Positions 12,126 to 23,878 of a stretch of 64,000 bases of DNA are shown here, piece after piece. The stretch covers positions 6,200,001 through 6,264,000 of the forward strand of contig CDPCPM010000022.1 in the NCBI GenBank assembly GCA_976551045.1. The letters are read 5' to 3'. The stretch's first letter is position 1. Each line of letters begins with the position of its first letter. Below the pieces are notes generated by a model. That model was not told the origin of the DNA, did no database searches, and saw only the letters and a program-made list of their open reading frames with translations. Source of the DNA: Glaucostegus cemiculus (lineage: Eukaryota). A program made the translations under genes and the position numbers.

Positions 12126-12417
12126 ATCAGAATCAGTTTTATTGTCACAACCATATACATACATAGTATGCATAGGAGCGAGATACTGTCCTCCTCAGGT
12201 GCTCATCCCATAAAATAACATAACAACCAACAGAGACACACATACACACTTGACAGAATAAACATTACAAAACATTAAGCATTAAAAGCTATGGAAGTTA
12301 AAATTAAATTAGTACGCAGATTAAATTAAAAATGGCCGGTAAATAAATAAATAGTTATTAAAGTGAACAGGCTGGTGTCGGGCATTTAAAGTGCTGGTGC
12401 ATTTCTGTGCATCCTAG
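12126..12417 (-). mobile_element. Rex1/Babar LINE, 3' UTR-only copy
   Basis: Nearly identical to 48025-48323, with an (AATCAG)n tail on the + strand. Candidate TSD CAATATC at 12122-12128 and 12423-12429. Confidence 0.93.
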
Positions 12418-13084
12418 TGCATCAATATCCTAGTGAACTGATAATTAGGATAGCATATTCAATTCTACAGGCATGCATGGGAGGAAACAAAAGGAGTAAT
12501 CAGAGAAGCAAGTAACAGAAAGAAAAGGTTGGAGAAAGAGTGCTAGTGCAGTGAAGGAAAAAGGACACGGAACGTTGTCAGAACGTATGTGAAAAGAACC
12601 AAGTTGAAGAGCGATTAAATGCCCTAAAATGAGGAGTCAAACTGAAAGACAATAAAGGAAATGAACAGTCAAATGGAGCAGTGAGCAATCAGATAGGAAC
12701 TCTGCAACCTGAAGGTCGTACCCTGCCTGACACTATATTATACATCTTCAGCTATTGAGTATTTCATATTTTTGACTGTTGGACTTTTCAATATATCTAT
12801 CGTGTGACATACCTTAAACCCATTTTTGAGAAAGAACAGCTTGGGTCATGCATCACTCATATACTTATTAACAATAGTGCTATTAACATCAGATTTTAGT
12901 TAATTTGAGTGACCAGGAATATCAAGAATACTCCCATGGACTCCACAGGATTGATGAGTCACTAACACATTGTTGAGTATGCCCTCCTTGCAACATTTGT
13001 CCACACATTCACCTTTGTACATTCAGTGGCATTTATTGAAATGTAATAGGTACATTTAACATCTCACATTTCAATCCCACTTTT

Positions 13085-13745
13085 TAACCAATATAGACGT
13101 TAGCATATTTTCTAAATGGCAAAAAAATTAGAAATGGTGGATGACGCAAAAGGTGTTGGTACATCTAAATATTAAAAAGGTAAATGGAAAGATGATTTTT
13201 TTTGTTTCAATTAGTCTGGTATACAAAAGGAGGAAGTTAGATTACACATATCCTTGATCGAACCACAATTAGATTGTTACATTGTTTTGGTCAGTCCATC
13301 TGAAGAAGGATTTAGAGAAAGTGCAATGCCAGAATAAAATTATACTAGATCTTAAAAGGTTAAAATAGGACCCCAGATTACATAGATTTGGATTGTACTC
13401 TCTTTTGTACAAAAGATGGAAGGGTAATTATAATCAGAATATTTGAAATAATTATTCTACAGAATTGATATGGAGAAACTATTTCCTCTGGTGGAGAAAT
13501 CCAGAATATGTAGACATTTTCTTAAAATGAACACAATGTTGTATAGGAGTGAAATTAAGAATTTATTTTTCAGCCAAATGATAATGGAACACTGGAATTC
13601 TTCCTTTTCCCTGTTCTCTCACACTAAAAATGCCAGGTCCTGGATTTTAATAGATAGGGGTTTCAATGGATATGGATCACAGCTGAACAGACTGATTTGA
13701 AGTAATGAACAATCCTGAGGGCACATTGGATGCCTCCTGTTCCTA
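13085..13745 (+). mobile_element. Old degraded CR1 3' portion
   Basis: EKLFPLV.KSR...HFLK....YR.EI..LFFSQ..MEHWNS peptide. Confidence 0.65.
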
Positions 13746-16529
13746 AAGCATTCTCAGATTTACCAAAGGAGTTTCTAAAAATCCACACCATAAATTAGCC
13801 AACTCTTACAATGCATCAGTGAGATAAAGTGCTTAGTAAGTCCTCCATATTGATAATACCATATAAGTGGATCCTTCATGTATTCAATCAAAACATTATT
13901 AACAATATCATAGACTCATACTGTAGGTGTACTACCAAGGAATTTGCCTAATTCTGTGTATTAAAGACAGATAATATCAACTTTTTGATTGACATTATAA
14001 AGCAGTTTTACAGCTGGCACTCTCAAGAATGAGTTTGAGTGAAAAATAATAAGCATACGAACTGCTCCCATATCATTCTAAGCTTCATGTACGTTATTCA
14101 AATTTAAATTGCCATTTATTGCTTTATACCAACCAGAGAGTACAAAACCAGAATGTAAGAGCTTTGCAAGTTCAAGTTGAAGCTTGTTTTGCAATAGTTC
14201 TATCTTGATGTTCAATTGATAACTAAGTTGAGGAAATGTCAAGTAAATAACCTGTGAAGATTGTTTCTTGCAAATGGCCTGACTGAGGAAAGTATTAAAA
14301 TCTCTCTGTGAGATAGGGTCATTTTAACTAATAGACCACTTCAACCTAACTTAACCTTTAAACGTGGTTGCGTAGATCAAATTAGATGTTCCATTTAACA
14401 AACAAAACCTTTGTAATCAATTATAACTTATTGAAAGCTAACTACCATCTTCTTACCAAGAATTTATTAATTATCTTTTTCCATAAGCATACATTGCTTG
14501 CACTTTAAAGTGACAACACTATTTAAATCAAATTATTTCTTGTTAAATATTTTTATTGAAATCTATTAACAAGGTTGTAGCATTGGTGTTCTTTTATTGC
14601 CAATCTTCAAATGGATACTTAAAAAAACTACATGTTGTGTTTATAGCATTCGTCAAGAAAACTGTTGGAGCAAATAAAAACAGAGAATGTTGGAAATTGC
14701 AGGCCAGGCTGAGTTCCAACATCTGAAGAGACTTGCTTTTAAAAGTTTTGGAGCAGGCTTGTAATGTCATGAGTTAGCAGTGCAGTCGATGGACTTTTAT
14801 GAGGCTGGTTTCTCAGACAAGGAAAGCTTTGAAAGTTGGATGAGGGATCAATAACAGTCCAGGAGCATCTGCTGATTGAAGAGATATAGAGTGAAATCCA
14901 AACTTTATCAGCTTCCTCCGTTCTGCTTTCATTTATTACATTCCTGAATTAGAGATTGAGGGATTATAATTGGATCAATCGGCTGTTCAACATCAACAAG
15001 GCTGGCTTGATGTGAACTTTGATAAAGTGTTAGATTGACAATTTAGCCAAATCTGGCTCTTAGTGCTTTCTTCCCCATTGATACTTATCTTTCATTATTT
15101 ACCCAAAGTGGAGTCAATGGAAATTACTTTTTAATTTGATTAAATGTGACCCATCTGATGCCCACATTGATGGTGCCAAGAACCTTTTCCAAGACAGAAC
15201 CATCATATTGTTCTGCTATTCCATATCATTATACTATTCTCAACAATCATCTATTTCATATAATTTCAAGGCATGTTAACCCTTTAAAAGTCTTAACATT
15301 CCAATGCCCAGAGTAAACCTAGTTCTTGTATTTTGATATGGCACTTAAGACATTATTTGTGATTTGTTGTATTTCTAAATCTGCAGACTTTTGACCTTAA
15401 GATTTAATTATTTGGACAAACAAGAGGGAGAGTGGAATGGTAACATGACATCCATGTTCTCTATGCACTAGGTCTTCAGTTCATATAACTGCTCCAATTT
15501 AACAACAGGCCACTGTTTGTAATGAACCCTAGGTCATACCTGTACAAATTTTATTACCCCCACATGATGTAGTGCCATTCAAAAGGATTTTTAGCATACC
15601 AATAGGAGGGTATGACTCCTAAATTGGGTCAGTAATTAAACCCTGTGTAAACTGCCTCTGGCAGGTAATCTGACACAGTTTGCAATTAGTATTATAACTC
15701 CAGCAAAGCCACACCAGGGATCGTGACAACTTTCTAAACATTTTATAATCTTTTTACATAACGAGATAGCAGAATCCCTTGCTCATTTTCAGATAGTCTC
15801 AAGATTCATACAACTGAAATATGAGTTTCTGGAACATTGAAATATACATGACTTGGCCTTTTTTTTGGTTAAACAAAGATCAAAGTGCACTTGGCAGTCT
15901 AACTAATCTACCAAATAAACAATGCTGTATCATGTATTGAACCAGATAATACCTATAAATACACTCCAACTGTAAAGCTTTCTAGTCCTTGTTAAAAGTG
16001 TTCCAAGTGTCTTGCTTGAAAGCTGGATACTTGTACATGTGTTCCATCACCTACATATGTAATGAATATAAAGTTTAATTGCATAGAATTAAGTATAAGC
16101 TAATGAGATGTCCACTTTCCCTCAACTCCCACATGCCTCCATGTTGCGACTACAATACATGTTATGTTTCTGTACTTTAAGAACTGTGTGTATGGTCTGA
16201 CTTTTGATACACTTGCTGTACCAGCCACTGCTGTTAATTGAGTGTTAACTGCCTTCATTAAAGATTTTTGTTCAGCACCTCTATCTTCATTACTTGCCTA
16301 CTAATTGTTGGTACCTGTGGGAACAGCTACCAATACACCAACATGCATTTTTTTCCCCTTTGTCTGCTCCCCAGAAAAAGAGAAAGATCTCCATGAAAAC
16401 TGCATCTTTTGAATCCAATGAAGTATTCCCAAAATTTGATCACTGCTCTAATGGAGAAAACACCATTTTTTCACTATATGCTTCTACAAACAGCAATGGA
16501 ATAATCACCAGATTGAGGAAGAAATAAAT

Positions 16530-16750
16530 ATTGGTTGGACATCAAGAATAATTCTCCAGGGATTAATTTGCATTCACCTGAAAGAGCAGATGGGGCTTTA
16601 TTTATAGATTTATCTAAAACAGTATCTTCAACAGTGCAGCATCCCTTCAGACCTGCAATGGAGTGGTTTATACGCTGAAATCTCTGAATTAGCATAAGAA
16701 TGCACAACCTTCAGAATCACAGATGAGGGTGCTTCTTCCTGAGAAATGCC
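16530..16750 (-). mobile_element. DeuSINE (SacSINE1/AmnSINE1-like) remnant
   Basis: Minus strand reads gctgcactgttgaagatactgttttagataaatctataaataaagccccatctgctctttcaggtgaatg, matching the recalled Deu-domain consensus. Confidence 0.7.
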
Positions 16751-17072
16751 TCACTAAAGGTTTGGAATGGAATACAGCAATCAAAATAATAAACCCATGT
16801 TGAATGTTTCCAGTTTTAACACAGAAAGTAAAAAAGTCCCACTGTTCGTGACTAGTAACTGTCCACTTTAGCCCAAATGACACAGTCTGTACAAGAATGA
16901 AGTTTGTTCCTTGAAATACCATTGTGACTTTTCTAAGTAAGATTTGAGATACACACACAATCAGAAAGTCCAAATTATAATAATTTTACCTTGTACAGCT
17001 ATCTCAACAACCTTATTGGGAGTTAGCACTATGAATAATTTTTAATCTGAAATGACTGCAGTATCAACATGG

Positions 17073-17474
17073 TTGAAAAACACTGTGATGCTGGAGGAAC
17101 TCAGCAGGCCAGGCAGCATCCATGGAGAAAAACAGGCGGTCAACGTTTCAGGTCAGGACCCTTCTTCAGGACTGAAGATAGGAAAACAGGAAGCCCAATA
17201 CATAGGAGGGAAAAGCAAAGTAAAGATAGGTGGACAAAAGGGGGGAAGCAGGGTGTGCACGGGGAGGTGATAGGTAAATGCAGGTAAGAGATAATGATAG
17301 GCAGGTGCAGGGGAGGAGGGGAGAGCAGATCCACCATGGGATGGGTCAAAGGTAAGGAGAGAAAAAGGAGGTCGAAAAAAGAGAGATAGGCTTGGAAAGG
17401 GAAGAAGAGGCATGGTGGGTGTTGAGGGGGTAGGGGTTACTTAAAGTGGAAGAATTCAACATCCATGCCATTCC
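17073..17474 (-). mobile_element. Penelope-like element 3' end (ORF C-terminus, 3' UTR, terminal repeat with hammerhead ribozyme)
   Basis: Minus frame NGMDVEFFHFK* (17472-17437), a pyrimidine-rich UTR, the HHR core, and the gatgctgcctggcctgctgagttcctccagca terminus. Confidence 0.85.
17137..17174 (-). ncRNA. Minimal type I hammerhead ribozyme motif (PLE-associated)
   Basis: CAGUC-CUGAAGA-A-GGGU(CCUG)ACCU-GAAA-CG-UU-GACCG. The catalytic core is complete, stem I is 4/5 bp, stem II is 4 bp, and a palindromic ACGU replaces stem III. Confidence 0.75.
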
Positions 17475-17477
17475 AAG

Positions 17478-17545
17478 TGCAAACTGCAGGAAGAAAACTT
17501 CATTTTCCATCTTGGAACCTTGCAGCCTAATGGCATGACTTTGTT
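17478..17545 (+). mobile_element. Inverted PLE endonuclease C-terminal fragment
   Basis: Plus frame CKLQEENFIFHLGTLQPNGM, resembling the PLE GIY-YIG C-terminal motif (E..LIF.LGTLQP.G). Confidence 0.75.
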
Positions 17546-17681
17546 TCTCTAGTATCAAAATGGTATTCTTCAAGGTATTAATACTTCTCTCTTAAAAGTA
17601 GATTATACTGAACACATCTACTTTGGAAGCATGGAACACTAAAGTATGCTGTCACTTCTTGTAAGTGAGTGTTCCTATTAT

Positions 17682-18230
17682 AACATAGGAATAGGAGTAA
17701 GTACTTCAGTCCTTCCAGCCTGATCTGCCATTTAATTTGATCATGGTGATCTACCAACCTTGGTTCTGAGGCCCTTAATAGCCCTGAACAAAACTATCAA
17801 CTTTAGATTTGATATTTTCAACTGATCTGGGCCCTTGAGCTTTCTGGGGGAAAAAGCTTCAAATTTTCTGTAGCGTTTGTATGAAGAAATAATTCTTCAA
17901 GCATCTCTGAACTACCTAATTCCAGTTTTAGACTGATCTCTGGTTCTGAATGTACCAACAGAGAAAATAGATTTCTTTTATCCATCTCATCAGTTCTGGT
18001 AATCAACTTAATTGTCTCCATGGGATAACCTTTTAGTCTCATTCTTCAAAGAAATACAATCCAAATCTGTGCAACCTGTCCTTATAATTTAACTCTCTCA
18101 GTCCCGGTCTGGTGAATAGAATTTCAGGCCAGCATATCCTGAAAAGGAACACATTCGAGGGCACTATTCAACTGTAGTGTTGTTTTCTAGCCCTCTGAAA
18201 TGGCTAACATTCTATTAACATTTTTAATTA
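17682..18230 (-). mobile_element. Old CR1 3' portion
   Basis: Minus-strand peptide RLKGYPMETIKLITRTDEMDKRNLFSL. The tail appears as aacataggaataggagta...cagtccttccagcctg on +. Confidence 0.65.
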
Positions 18231-19724
18231 CAATTCAGTATCATGTTACAAGTTAGTCAGCTTTGGCAGTTCACAACTCTGAGTTCAATTTTAAATTAAT
18301 CCTGTATCGTCAAAATAACATTAATCCTCTGACTAGATGCAATGCAAGCAACCAGCTTTGAATCCCCCACTGTTATACCCAGTTACGGAACACTGCTCAT
18401 CATCAAGTGCCAAAATATAGGAGTACACTTCAAAAGGAATCAGCAAGATTTAAATAATCATGCCAACAGAAAGAACTTTATACATTGAGCTTTTACTTGA
18501 TGAAAGATGCACTGCTGGGCCAATGCAACTTGCAGTCTTGAAGATGAACAAGCAGTGTTGTTACTGCTATGTTCCATGTTGAAATTAAGTAAATCCAACC
18601 TAGGTTCCACTTTAGAACAGGTATTGCTTTATAAACTGCTGAGGCAACATTCATTCCTGGCATCTATGGAAAATGTTATTGCATGCACATTATATTTTGC
18701 AGCCACTACTGTAATAATATTTAGCCCAGACACTAGAAGATAAAGTTATACTCCTTGGTCTGTGTTAAAGATGAGGAGTCAGCTGGACCTGGATGAGTAG
18801 TTGGTATAAGCTATCAAGGACAATTTACCTCCTCTTTTTCTCTTCGGATGACAGCATCTAATCTTGAAGTTAGAAAGTTATCTCCCATTCAATTATTGTT
18901 TCTCTTGAATGCTCAAAGATTTAGAAAAAGCAGACAATCTTTTATTTACCCACTGTTCTGAAAAACACTGGAAAGTTTAACTACAATAGTACCAACCCAC
19001 CACAGAATACAAACTCAGAAATGTAATGACAGAGCTGATCTCAGAATCAGTCCAATCTGATTCTGAGATTGGCTCCTGGACTGCAGGTGCAGCTGTTGAT
19101 TGATCAAAGGTTATAAGTTCCACCTGGCAACACAGGTGAGGTGAAGCAGAAGTGTCAGGTATAGGCTGCAGTCACAAAACACCAGCATTGGACAAATTAA
19201 GCAGGTATTGCCCAAATCAGCTCTGAAATAATTCTCTGATGTCCTGTTATCAAGTTACACAGACAACAGGCTGAACCTGCCACAAATGCTTCCTAACATC
19301 CTGAGTAAAAAAAATACAGATGTTCCTTTTATTCCATCAGAGAGCCATCATATATAACTATGGATATCTCTCTCTCTCTCTCTCGTATATGCAGGCACTA
19401 ATCTTTCAATTCATTTTCTTCTACTATTTCTGGTGAAGAACAGTAATTTTCATTCAGAAAAATAAAATATTACATTTTACAATAAATTGTAATCAATGTG
19501 AATAAACAGCAAAGGAACACATCAATGTTGAAACTGGCAGAAGCACAAAAAATTGGAAATACAATCTAAATCTGTTCATTATTTGAAAGATCTGAAGCTG
19601 AAAAGTGAATCTGATTTACTTTTACCTGCTTTGTTCTTGAAATAACATTTTTACTTCTAATCAATGCAAACTGATGAAATTTGGCTCTTTCTATTTGTCT
19701 GCATCTTTATACCCAAATAATACA

Positions 19725-20790
19725 ATTATGTTGCAGCTGTACAAACATTGGTTAGAGAGTACTTAGAGTAACGTGTATAGTTCTGGTCGCCACACTACAG
19801 GAAGGATGTGGTAAGAATATAGAGAGTGCAGAAGAGATTCATCAGGAGCTCACCTGGAATGGAAGGCTGTGGTTATAAGGAGAGACTGGACAGGAACATA
19901 AGAAGCTGCTGAGAGTAGTGGACTCTCCCCAGTACATCACGGGCACATCCCTCCCGACCATCGGTAGTATCTACAGGAGGTGCTACCTCAAGAAGGCAGC
20001 ATCTATCATCGAAGATCCCCACCACCCAGGCCATGCCATCTTTTTGCAGTTACCATCAGGCAGGAGGTACAGAAGCCTGAAGTCCCACACCACCAGGTTC
20101 ACGAACAGCTACTTCCCTTCAACTGGAAAAACCCTAATTACTACAGTTTAGCAACACTATGACTACTTTGATCATTTTGTACTAAAATAGACTTTGTTTT
20201 TTTGTTCTAATTGTGTTCTTTCTTGTAAAATAATGTATAATTTATGTTTAGTTTATATTTTTTCTTCTAAATGCTGTTTATATGATGCCATGTGCCTGTG
20301 ATGGTGATGCAAATACGCTTTTCATTGCACTTGTGCAGACATGTACATATGACAATAAACTTGACTTTGACTTTGGATAGGCTGGATTCATTCTCAGTGA
20401 AACATAGGAGGCTGAGGGGTAACCTTATAAAGGTTTACAAAATTATGAGGTGCACAGATAGAATGGATTGTCAGAATCTTTTTCCCAGGGCAGAATTAAA
20501 GGGCACGTTTAAGATGAGAGGAGAGAAACTTCAGGGGAAATCTCAGGGAAAGGTCTTTCACACAGAAGCTGGTAATAATTTGGAACAAGCTACCAGAGGA
20601 GGTTGTGGAAGCAGATACTATTACAATGTTTAAAAAGCATTTGCACAGGTACTTGGATAGGAGTAGAGGGATATGGGCCTAATAAGGCAAGTGGGACTGG
20701 TGTAGACTGACATTCCAGTTGGCATGGATGAGGTGGGCCATAACGGCTTGTTTCTGTACTGTACAGTCCTGTGATTTGATGATTCTATGA
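19725..20790 (+). mobile_element. CR1 3' portion, split by a Rex insertion
   Basis: MLQLYKTLVR..LE..V.FWSPHYRKD before the insertion. DRL.SFS..RRLRG resumes at 20374, and the CR1 tail runs to ~20790. Confidence 0.9.
19895..20373 (+). mobile_element. Rex1/Babar LINE 3' end
   Basis: ITGTSLPTI..IYRRC.LKKA.SII.DPHHPGH.IF..LPSGRRYRS peptide and a gacaataaacttgactttgacttt tail. Flanked by TGGACAGG/TGGATAGG (probable TSD). Confidence 0.9.
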
Positions 20791-20859
20791 ATTCTAAGGA
20801 GCTCTGTGATCAGAGAGAACTACACAAGTTTTTGAAAGAGAAGTTGTTGAGAAACTGTG

Positions 20860-21400
20860 CAGGATTTTGACTTTTTAAGTAGAAACCTTTGCTGCAAAAG
20901 TACAAATGCAAGAAAGTTATGTTCTGATTAAATAGGTATAAAACGTTGGTCTGGCCTTAAAAATTGATGAATTGTGGCCAGTACTGGGCATAAACACTTT
21001 ATGAATGATGTTGTTGCCTTAACAAAGCAAAGACATATTAGATTAACAGAAAGAGTGGATGACATTGGTTGTATGAAGAGACTAGAGGGCTTAGTCTCCT
21101 TAAATAAAAGGTTAAGAGGAGATTCAATTGGTCCTCAAAATCAGCTTCAAAAAGCTTTCTAAGAGAATAAATTGAGACTAACTACTTTAAGTGAAAAAGA
21201 ATGAGTAGCCTGAGGAGACAGAATTAAAGTAATTGGCAAAAGCAAAACAGAAGCCAATTGAGGAAATAAAAACTTCCAAGGTATCGCCTGGAATGCTCTG
21301 GCTGAGGTGGTGAAGGGAAATCTTCCAAAGGGAAATTGGAGAGGATGACTTTACAGGGGTATGAAAGAAGATCAGGGGCCTATGTGGAAGAAATATTCCA
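20860..21400 (+). mobile_element. Very old CR1 fragment
   Basis: YKTLVWP and KRLEGLVSLNKRLRGD degenerate motifs. Confidence 0.5.
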
Positions 21401-22266
21401 TAAATTGTTGCAATTTGGAATGCGCTAACTAAAAGAAAGGTGGAATCAAAATTCAGCTTTCAATTAGTTTGATTTCTTGTTGAGAGAATTTTGAAATCAT
21501 GCCTTGGCAATGCTAGCATCACTTAAAAATTAATTTCCTTGAGGTTTTGTGGTTGCTTGAAAACATAGGATCTGCATGGTATCATCAGGAGCAACCAGTT
21601 ATTTCCTCATTAGTGCTATCTGAAACCAGTGATGTTAAGACATGCTTTTGGTTTTAATTTACAAGTATTACATTGCTTATCTGCAGGTTAATTACATATG
21701 TGATAATTTTGTTGCAGAATTAGTCAGTGAGAGTTTTTCATTCTTACTAACTAGTCCCATTGTCGAAAGAACTAATCCAAGTAAGAGTTTATTAAACCTA
21801 GTACATCACACAAGATTAAGATTAACAAAGAACATTAGGAATAAGTCCTTGTCTTCAGCAAAGCAATGATCAAACCTAGTTCCCTTTAGTATAAATCAAT
21901 AAATCAAGATGTCAATTCCCTAAAGTACTTAGATATGGTTATCAGTTAGTATATAAAAAAAGGCCAATAAAGATAAAAAGAGAGTCAGTCCTCCCTGCAA
22001 TACTAACTACAAGTAGAAAGTGCACAAAGGAAAGTTTCAATTAGAATTAAAAGTAAATGAAATCCTTTGGATACTTTCTCAAAACCATTGCTTTTAGACT
22101 CCCACACACCTAGATGACATGGGGTTGGAGGAGTTTTGTCATTAAGACTGTTTCTGTGACTTTTCTCTTCCTTCCCTTTATAGTAGAGCTTGCAAGAGAG
22201 AAAACTGTTTTAAATCTAGGGTTGGAAAATTAATGTTATGCACCTTACATACAACGTGTGTTGGAG

Positions 22267-22399
22267 ACACAAGAGATTCTACAGATGCTGGAATCAGGAG
22301 CAACACATAGGACTAATGAAAGGTCTTGACCTGAAAGTCAACTGTTTATTTCCCTTCACAGATGCTGCCTGACCTGCTGAGTTTCTCCAGCATTTTGTG
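22267..22399. mobile_element. Short PLE-derived remnant with inactivated hammerhead
   Basis: ctaatgaaaggtcttgacctgaaagtcaactg (CUGA changed to CUAA), then gatgctgcctgacctgctgagtttctccagca. The 5' part is a PLE end in the opposite orientation. Confidence 0.75.
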
Positions 22400-23644
22400 C
22401 ATCATGATATAATGCATGCTATAGCCACAATTCTATGAAAAAAATGTTGGTTTGGAGGAAAGCTTTTATCATTCACCTGGTAAACAATTGCACACAGACC
22501 TTTTGTGAGCATAGCAAAGACACTGCCCATTGTCCATTAAGTGTTTCAGTATGATGCTCCTCACAGGGGTTCAGTGGTGTCTGTGAACAGGGAAAACATC
22601 AGCAACTTTCTTCAGACTGGGGAATCCTGACTGAGATATGTAGAGTCTCAATCAGGGAACAAAGAAATGAAAATGACAACAAAGACAAGCAGTCAAAGTA
22701 AAATCAAACTTAAAAATATGCAATATCAATCTTCTTCTACAGGATAGAGATACTCCACCTTTCAGGCCCCAGAAATTTGTTCAGTTGTACTTATCACTTA
22801 TTACCTCATTAGAAGCTTACTTGTTCAAAAATGTATTAGTTGCTTTTTAAAGAAGACCTGGTGATAAATTTTCAGTACGGTCATTTCCATGCTAAGAACT
22901 ACCACAAAGCATCCCAAGAAGGAGGAAAATATCTCTAAGTGAAACTTCTACATTTTTATGTTTAGTTGAGTAAATGCAGAAGTTGCTGTCAGATTTACCT
23001 TGCAACAAAAGTGAGCAGAGATAGTCTTACTTACATTATTGGCAAAATCAAGGTGAGTGAGTTCAATGGGATGAATGCAACTAATTAGGCTGTTTTATAT
23101 ACAATTGAACATCATGATGGGAAGGTATTGAGAGGTGAGGAGATGAGTTATTTGTCAGAGTACTCAATCTTCAACCTATTCTTTTACCAAATATTGTTGT
23201 ATATTATTCACAGAAGCTTCTTGTCAATGGTGTCTCCTAAAATGAAAATAGTAACAGTGACGGTGGTACTTCAATTGTTTTATATAGTCATTCAAGGGAT
23301 GTGGATGAGGAGAAATGGGTTTACATATTTTCTTGGAATTAGTAATTAACTGGCACATGTGGCAGAGTCCAAGTTTGTTTGTCTTTTATTGTATAGCTTT
23401 TCAGTACTTCAACAGCATGTTTATTTCTTTTAAACTAGCTAAGATAAATCTGTCATGGAATCTTTTTGATTTTTATTCAATGTTTCAAGGGAGCCAAAAT
23501 CATGCTCATCCCAAAAATATATGGCGATTTGCTCTACCAACTTACTTGCCAAGTAATGAAAAAGAAACTCCATCTCATTAATCTAAAGAAGGTAAAATTT
23601 CTTTGTATTGAACGATGAATATTACCCATACATAAATATGAAGA

Positions 23645-23878
23645 AATTTAATAGAAACCTGAGGGGCACCCAGAGAGTGGTCAGTAAATGAAATGAGCTG
23701 CCAGAGGAAGTGGTTGCAGAAGATAGATTAACAACATTTAAATGGACCAGTAAGTGGATAAAAAAGGTATAGAGGGATAATGGCCAAACACAGGCAAGTG
23801 GGACTAGTTTACATGAGAATCTTGGTTGGCATCGACCAGTTGGGCTGAAGGGCCTGTTTCCATGCTATATGACTCTAA
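23645..23878 (+). mobile_element. CR1 3' end fragment
   Basis: cagagagtggtcag...gagctgccagaggaag and the gggctgaagggcctgtttccatgctatatgactct tail. Confidence 0.85.

Noticed and set aside
14760-14940. TGTAAT...ATTACA segment as a solo LTR
   Set aside because: No matching TSD, very short, and no clear TATA/polyA order.
19022-19259. TGTAA...TTACA segment as a solo LTR
   Set aside because: Termini fit, but there is no TSD and no clean polyA signal, so it is left uncalled.
22313-22345. Second active hammerhead ribozyme
   Set aside because: The core CUGA is mutated to CUAA, the C after GAAA is missing and the stem I 5' strand is lost, so it is predicted inactive.
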